This document shows positions 57,301 to 64,000 of a stretch of 64,000 nucleotides of DNA, piece after piece. Below the pieces are notes generated by a model. It ran no database searches and was not told where the DNA came from. It saw nothing but the letters and a program-made list of their open reading frames with translations. The translations under genes were made by a program, and so were the position numbers. The DNA lies in the NCBI GenBank assembly GCA_013239625.1, contig MU053933.1, positions 1,759,026 through 1,823,025 on the forward strand. The letters are read 5' to 3'. The first letter of the stretch is position 1, and each line of letters starts with the position of its first letter. The DNA comes from Lama guanicoe. Taxonomy: Eukaryota.

Positions 57301-59150
57301 GTGAAGGGCAGAGGAGGACTCATCACCAGGAGCGGCCAAGGTAACTGCTCTGAGAGGGGCCCCTGCCTGTCACCAGGTCTGGGCTGAGACAAGCAGGAAC
57401 TTCACCTGGCAGCACTGAGCATGTTGAGGGGCCCGGGGTGGCCCCAGGGCAGCGCCTTGAACAGGCAGGTGCTACAGCTGGTCAGTCTCAGGGTCTCTAG
57501 GATCTGATGACTGCCCTTAAGGGTTTGGAAGGAGCCCTTTGTTCCAGAGTCTTTGCAGATGTCACCCCCCTGCAGGAGGAGCTAGGAGGACACATGCCAG
57601 CTTCCCTGCCCCTCACCCCCCGGACATCTTGGCTGCTCCTGGTGTGGCCCCAAGGGGCCCAGAGGCCTGCAGCTGGGGTCAAGAGAACTGGAGAGCAAAG
57701 GAGAGCCATCCTGCACAGAAGCTGTCAGAACTTGGGAGGGTCCTGGAGGGTGGCAGGCCAGTGACTTTCAAAGGGCAATCTCACAATGACACTGGAAGTC
57801 CCCAGCAGCGCATGACCCGTGTATCACTCTACGGGAACTGTTCCAAAGGCCTGGGGTGGGCGCGTGAGGGATGAGTGGGGTGGTTTTGAAAGGAAGCCCC
57901 AAGATGAACTTTCAGAAGGAAAAACAGCTTAAGGAAAAACAGAGCACCACCAACAAAGTGACCGTTTAACCAAGTGTCTGAAACATACGAAAGACGTCAA
58001 GAACAGTGAAACAGACGCCCAGGTGCCCGTCCCCAAACACTGCAGCCTCACGCGTCTCACCCATCCTGCCCAGTGGCCTTGTGCGTTTATCCCTAAACAG
58101 TAACAGCTGAGACTTCCATGGTGCTCTCGTGGGCCTGGCCCTATTCTGGGCAATTCACAGGGGTACTTGCTTAAGGTCACATCAGCCCAGGAGGAAACAC
58201 TAACACGCAGAGTGAGAGCGGAGTGAGTGTGGCCAGCCAGCGCTCAGCCTGGGCCCGCAGCCTCTGCCCTCCCCCCACGGCTCTGCAGGGTGTTATCCAG
58301 GTGGGCGGGATGGGGAGCCCGTGGAGCGGTCACTCTGCTTCTTGTTTGTCTCTTTCAGTGTTCTGGGGGGAGGGGGTGATCATGCAGGCGGTGCAGTCCA
58401 TCCTTGCCACCCCATCACGCTTCCTTGGGTGACCATCTCGAGTCCGTCCATTGCCCAGTTGGACCTACAGGTGTCCCGTGTTTGGCTGCAGTGCTCCGTG
58501 CCGCTGTGACTCTCCCGTCCACGTTCCCCTTGCTCTGGTCCTGCTCTGCTCGGGCGCACGTTTGCAGCGGGAATGGCTGCATCTGGGGAGGAGGAGGCCC
58601 TGCTTTCCCGGGTCCTACCTTTGTCTCCCCAGGCGAGTGCGCTGTCTCGCGCACCCCGCTGCGGGCAGGGGTCTGAGTGGTTCAGCCCGCACCGGGCTGC
58701 GGGCGCTTCCTCCGCAGGACTGTGGGGACGTCCCTCGGTCTGCCGTGGTGTTGCCGGCCTTTTCTTTCTGATTCCTAAGCATTCTCTCTATATGTCATAC
58801 GCACGGATTTGGGGTTGATTTTATGCATTATCAAAGCCTTCCCGTTTCTGGTTTGTTTCTTCCCTTTACGTTTGTGTCTCTGATGTGCAGAATTTTCCCG
58901 CTTAATGGCTCTGAACGTACGCCCTGTCTCCTCTGTGCTTTGCGCATTCTGAGTCTCACTAAGAAACCCTTTCCCTTCCTGAAGTCGAAGCTGGTTCGCT
59001 TACACTTCGTTCTGAAAACCGTAACGTTTACTTTTCACTTGGGACTTTCGTCCACCTGGAGCTAAGTTGGAGGTGCGGGAAACAGAATTAAATATCCCGT
59101 TTTATTTTATTTACACTTTCTGCCTGGGGAACAGGTTGTCTTAGGACCTC

Positions 59151-59269
59151 TTTGCGGGGGGTGATTAGATTTATTTATTTGTTTATTTTTAATGGAGGTG
59201 CTGGGGATTGAACCTAGGACTGTGCATGCTAAGCACGCGCGCGCTCTACCCGAGCTGTACCCTCCTCCC
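59151..59269 (-). mobile_element. tRNA-derived SINE (camelid Vic-1-like)
   Basis: Reverse complement GGGAGGAGGGTACAGCTC..GTAGAGCGC..GCTTAGCATGCAC..GGTTCAATCCCCAGCACCTCC plus an AT-rich tail; A and B boxes present. Confidence 0.8.
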
Positions 59270-59669
59270 AATCTAATGTCAACATAGATACGTATTACTT
59301 TTTTTTGCTTAGTGTATAATTTTTCCTTTCTTTTAACCTCTCTGTGTCCTTATATTTGGGAGTTTGTCTCTTATATCTCTTGCAAACAACATGTACTGGT
59401 CAATTTTGGTTTTAATCCAGTACGAAAATAAATGCCTTTCAACCAGTGAGCTTCATGGGGCTTAGGACTGACTTTATTTTTACCACTTTTCAGCATTTTC
59501 TGTCTCTTTCTGCCTTCCGGTTAAGCTTCCTTCCCCAACTCTCCCTCCTCTACTATTTTTATTCTTTGAGTGGCTACTCTTAACACACATTCTTAACGTG
59601 ATTCGTCCTGAGGTTCACGGGCACGTTTGCCTTTCCTTCCAACCAATGCAGGAGCCTAAGGCAGTGTTC

Positions 59670-59793
59670 GGGGTGGGGCGGGGGCTACAGCTCAGTGGTA
59701 GAGCGCGTGCTTAGCGTGCACAGGATCCTGAGCTCAAAAATAAACCCAATCACCCCCCCAAAACAAAAAAACAAAAAATAGTTTTTTAAAAAA
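59670..59793 (+). mobile_element. tRNA-derived SINE (Vic-1-like), B-box region deleted
   Basis: TACAGCTCAGTGGTAGAGCGCGTGCTTAGCGTGCAC, A-rich tail, TSD AGTGTTC (59663-59669 / 59794-59800). Confidence 0.8.
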
Positions 59794-60239
59794 AGTGTTC
59801 ACACCTGCTCACCCCTGAATACTTCCCAGCATTTGAGGCCTTTCCCGTTTTTACACCCAAAGTCACTGTTGCTATTTTCACAGATTTTGCTTCCACTTTT
59901 GCTTCTGGTACTGGACTAGCGAGCCGAGCCGCCTAGACAGCACCCCACAGCACCACAGCAAGCCACGTCTCCCTCCATCCGGAGGTCTGGCCCGGGCAGC
60001 TAACCTCTGCCCACTGCCTTCGGCCTGCGGTGCGGCGGCGCGTTTCCACTGTGCAGTCACACTGGGCTGAGCCACTCAAGAATCAGACCTACGATGATCC
60101 CTCTAGCAGCCCCTCGGGACTTAGGGAGCACCCCCAAGGGGCCAAGGGGGGCTGGGGGGTCAGGTGACAGAGGCAAGATGAGGGTCTGGACCACGGTCTG
60201 TGTAACTTCTCGTGCTCGAGCTTGGTCCCAAATGTCCCA

Positions 60240-60446
60240 TTTCTATCATCCAACAGACCGTGCTGTGCCCACCCACCCTTGTCTTTGTTGCAGAAACTCT
60301 TAAACATCCTGGCTCCTCCCTGCCTCTTTGGAGCCGTCCCTTGGATCCGTCTGAGAGGCCGCCTACCCGGGCTCGAGTCCTCAGGAAATCCACAGAAGAA
60401 AACGTCGCTCTCAACTCTCAGGCTGTGCAATTTGTTCTAGTTGGCA
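60240..60446 (+). mobile_element. ERV-type LTR 3' fragment
   Basis: 'gtcctcagg...ctctcaactctcaggctgtgcaatttgttctagttggca' resembles the U5 end of ERV1-class LTRs. Confidence 0.45.
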
Positions 60447-61016
60447 CTGTGATGACAGTGCCCCACGTTAGCACATCCCCACTGCCTCGGTGAAGAGTGT
60501 GGGAGCCTCTGACCTCCCTGGGTCCACTAGTCAGATGGCAGGTTCTCTGATCATGCAGAGAACCTGATCCAGCTTTTCCCCTCCTGAGCCGTCTGGCCCC
60601 TGCCCTTACCACTCCACTGAGGCAGTTCTGTGCTCCATCGGCTACGTGGTGTCTCCACGGCAATGACTCAGGCACCACCTCCACAGCAGGGCAGGGCCGC
60701 TCCGTGCGCCCTTCCCAGCTCGTCAGCAAGCCTGGCCTGGGATCGCCTGCGGGACATCTGACTCAGGTGGGGTTGCACAGGTCTCCGGGTGCAGGGTCGG
60801 GGTGGGGGAGACACTCTCCCTCGCAAGGGAGAGGGAGGCTGCTTCGGCTGGCCCGGAGGTCGGGGGATTTGGAGCTGGCGGTTTGCGGGCTTGTCTTGTA
60901 AGATCGTCCCCCCTGAGTCTCTCCTGAGTCCCATTCCGACCACATGCCTCGTCCTCTGCAGAGGAGACCCGTCAAGGTCACAGGACTGCCTTGCGGCTCT
61001 GCCTTCCTCATGATTC

Positions 61017-61132
61017 AGGTGACCATGATCCCAGTTTTCCTGAGACAGTCCTGGGTTTAACCCTGGAAGTCCCACATTCTGGAAACAAAACCCTTCAGTC
61101 TCAGGCAGTTGTCACGGGACAGTGAGTCACCC
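61017..61132. mobile_element. hAT-Blackjack MITE (MER81/MER94-like)
   Basis: Terminal inverted repeats AGGTGACC ... GAGTCACCC; internal 'tcccagttttcctgagacagtcctggg...gaagtccc'. Confidence 0.55.
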
Positions 61133-62939
61133 GCTTACAGTCAGATCCTGGGCCTGATTTTCAGCGCAGGCCGATGACAAGTGGGCTGACTATCAGGGAC
61201 AGAACCCAGAGCCACCTGAAACCAAACCCCAGCTGGGACCATCGTCATTTAAATCAAGGAAGCGTCTCTTAAATAACACTGTCTTCAAATAAGGGGAGCT
61301 TGAGGACCCAAGAGCGAGCAATAGGTGGTTTCATTTACTTCAAAAATGCAGAATTAGGAATTAACTAATGCACAGGGAGTGAGGTTGGGTCACTGAGGAC
61401 CTGCGGGTAAACTCATCTGGGGGACTCTCCTGTGCCCCGGGCCCTGCGCTCCTCTCACTGATAGGCTGAGTTTCCAGCAGGATTCAGAAGTCATCTGGGG
61501 ACACAGACAGAGCAAGTAGAAACACAGGGGCCTGTTCTCGGGGGTCACACCGTGGTCCTGCCCGGAGGCCTTCATGGGTGGAGGTGTGCCCACATCCTGC
61601 AGCCCCCCACCCCTGGCCTTCCTGCCATCCAGCTGGAGCCTCCGTTGTCACACAACCCACCTAGAGGGTGGCCCAGACGACTGGCCACTCAACAATGCAT
61701 GACCTGGCTCCGGCCAGGTGCGGGTGGCCCGGGGAGGATGGAACTCCGCAGCCTGTCCAGCAGGGCCGGGGGCCCTGGAACAGCATCTGCTTTACGTCTC
61801 CCGGGGCGAATGCTCCGCCCGGAGCTTTGTCACAGGCTTCTCCTGTCCTGGGGTGGTCTGTAGCCTAGCAGGCGTCAGGGTCTGCACATGCACAGAGCGT
61901 CAGGACAGAGCCCAGGCTGCAAGGGTAAGGCTGCTGTGTGGCCCGTCTCCTGCTCAAAGGCACCAAAGCGCGTCAGCAACCCACACGGGTGGTTTCCACC
62001 TTCCGCGCTCGGAGCGTCCCGGCCCCAGCGCAGGCTGGGGGTCTGACACTCCAACCCTGCAGGCCGTGGTTCGGGGGACCCCAGTGGATTTGGATCGCAG
62101 CTCCCAGGCCGACAGGGAGGGGCTGTCGCTCTGCCTCTCAGGTTCCAGAGTGGCCCCTGGTTTGAGTCCAGCCTCCCCGTGCAGGACTGCTGTGACCATC
62201 ACTGGCCAGAGCACCTGCTGTCCCCTCAGGGCCCCAGCGAGCCGTGCTCTGCACCCAAGCCCACGGGTGGCACTGTGTCTGAGTCCTTAGTCATCACAGA
62301 GCAGAGCCCACACTCTGGGGTCTGTGACTCACGGCACTGGCTGCAAGTGACAGGGACATGCTAAAGGTGACCTAAACCGGGAGTAGTTTGCCCACAGTGA
62401 GAACAGAGCCAGGTCCGTGCTGACCTGCTCTGCAGCCGGCCAAGGCCAAGGCCAGAGACTGCACCTCCCTGGCCAGCGTGTCATCTGCCTCGGCCACCCG
62501 GGCTGGAAGGGGGCTGGCGATGTGCACGCTTGGCTTTCTAGCGTCCATGGTGGAGGCGGGGACAGGGCAGCTAGGGTGTCAGCCAGCTACCCCCCCCCCA
62601 GCCTGCAGAAAGCCCTGCACTTGCATTGGCTGCCCGGGGAGGCAGCTTTAGGAGCCCAGAGCGCCGGGGCTGAGCCTCCAGCCGTGCAAGTGGGTCCCAA
62701 GCGCACTGGCTGGTGAGGTATTTGGGAAGTGAGGGGCCTGTGGGCCCAGGACGCTCTGGTAAGTGACTGCAGTGACAGCTGCCCGAGAAAGACGGGCCTG
62801 CAGCAGGTGCCCTGGTCAACACACGTCATCCTCCAGGGACACAGGGGCCCAGCCTCTGAGAAAAGGGCCTGCCTGCTCTTAGAGAAAGTCTCTAAGGCAT
62901 TTCTATTTTCTTTTTCTTTTTTCAATTATTGTTACCTAC

Positions 62940-63262
62940 TTAAAAAAATTTTTTTATCGCAGTGTAGTCAGTTTACTATGTTGTGTCAATTTCTGGTGTA
63001 CAGCACAGTGTTTCAGTCATACATGTACACACATATATTTGTTTTCAGATTCTTTTTCACTACAGGTTACTACAACATACTGAATACAGTTCCCTGTGCC
63101 GTACAGAAGAAACGTGTTGTTTTTCTATTTTATATATAGTAGTTAGTACCTGCAAATCCCAAACTCCTAATTTATCCCTTCCCTCCCCCTTTCCCTGCCT
63201 GGTAACCATAGTTTATTTTCTATGTCTGTGAGTCTGCTTCTGTTTAGTAAATAAGTTCGTTT
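62940..63262 (-). mobile_element. Short L1 3'-UTR fragment, same subfamily as the copy at 16588
   Basis: 'agtgtagtcagtttac..tgttgtgtcaatttctggtgtacagcacagtg' is nearly identical to 16600-16650. Confidence 0.85.
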
Positions 63263-63710
63263 GAAGACATCTCCTAATTATAAAGAACCTCGAACTCATC
63301 TGGTTTTATTGGTAGGATGTCTGACTGTGTATAAAGTTCAGGTGAGAAAAATCATTCCCAGGGGGGTTCTTAAGTGATAGGAAAGATTAATTTCCATCTA
63401 TTTAGTTTCTCTGAGTAGTTAATGCACCCACCGTATAACCCAGTGCACGTGGAGAGGTCCCAGTCTCCTGGGACCTGCCCACGGGTCTCCCTCCCCGACT
63501 CCCTGTGTGCGGGAAGGCCCGGCGGCCACGTGTCTCCTCTGCACAGTGCTGTAAAGACGCTGTCATTTCGAGGGACACTGCCAGTTCGTCCCCGGCCCCA
63601 GATGCTGCTGCCTCTAAGCCTTCCGCCAGCAGCGAGCATGAGACCCACTTCCTGCTGTGTCCCCCATTCAGTGTGTTGTCAGATCTGGATTTCTGCCGAT
63701 TTGATGGGTG

Positions 63711-64000
63711 TGTGATCACAGAAGATTTTCACTGGCCTCTGGGTTCCTTGTACAGAGCTCCTGCGACCCTTGTAAATTCCTCAGTGACAAGAGAACTAGG
63801 AGCATCTTTTGTCCTAAAGAGGTGACTTGGGGGATGAGGGGGTGGGGAGGGATGGGCGAGGGGCTCCTGGATGGGGGCCGGTCTCAGCAGAAAGAGCAAG
63901 GCTGGATTAGAAGCTTGGAACTTTCAGCCCCGCCTCCCATTCTCTTGAAAAGAGGGGCTGGAAGTGGAGTTAATAACCCACCATGCCTCTGTGAGGAAGC
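63711..64000 (+). mobile_element. MER21-like LTR, running off the window end
   Basis: 'ggttccttgtacagagctcct..gacccttgtaaattcctcagtga...ttagaagcttggaactttcagcccc'. Confidence 0.65.

Noticed and set aside
54666..57392. Several 200-250-aa ORFs downstream of AGPAT3
   Set aside because: They overlap on both strands with no family motifs, as expected by chance at this GC content.
59670..59740. tRNA-like sequence (AGCTCAGTGGTAGAGCGCGTGCTTAGC)
   Set aside because: No T-arm or acceptor stem, and it has an A-rich tail and TSD, so it is a SINE and not a tRNA gene.

Overview
GC-rich mammalian genomic DNA, probably from a camelid judging by two tRNA-derived Vic-1-like SINEs. It carries the complete coding region of AGPAT3 (LPAAT3/LPLAT3) on the + strand: 8 coding exons from 31947 to 49132, 1131 nt, 376 aa, all introns GT-AG with consistent phases. 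A 3' UTR of up to about 5.3 kb with three candidate poly(A) signals follows. The first 31 kb is AGPAT3 5'-UTR intron; the main promoter and first exon are not evident here. The rest is interspersed repeats (L1, L2, MIR, MaLR/ERV LTRs, hAT/Tigger DNA elements). Best lead: a well-formed 92-nt exon at 12419-12510 encoding a hydrophobic peptide. Spliced to the first AGPAT3 coding exon, it gives a 40-aa putative transmembrane uORF micropeptide that stops 9 nt before the AGPAT3 ATG, and it is flanked by CRX/OTX-type homeodomain sites. Second lead: a young L1 with open ORF1 whose ORF2 is removed at a CAG| junction, suggesting a spliced or HAL1-like element. Repeat family names and human comparisons are from recall and need confirmation.
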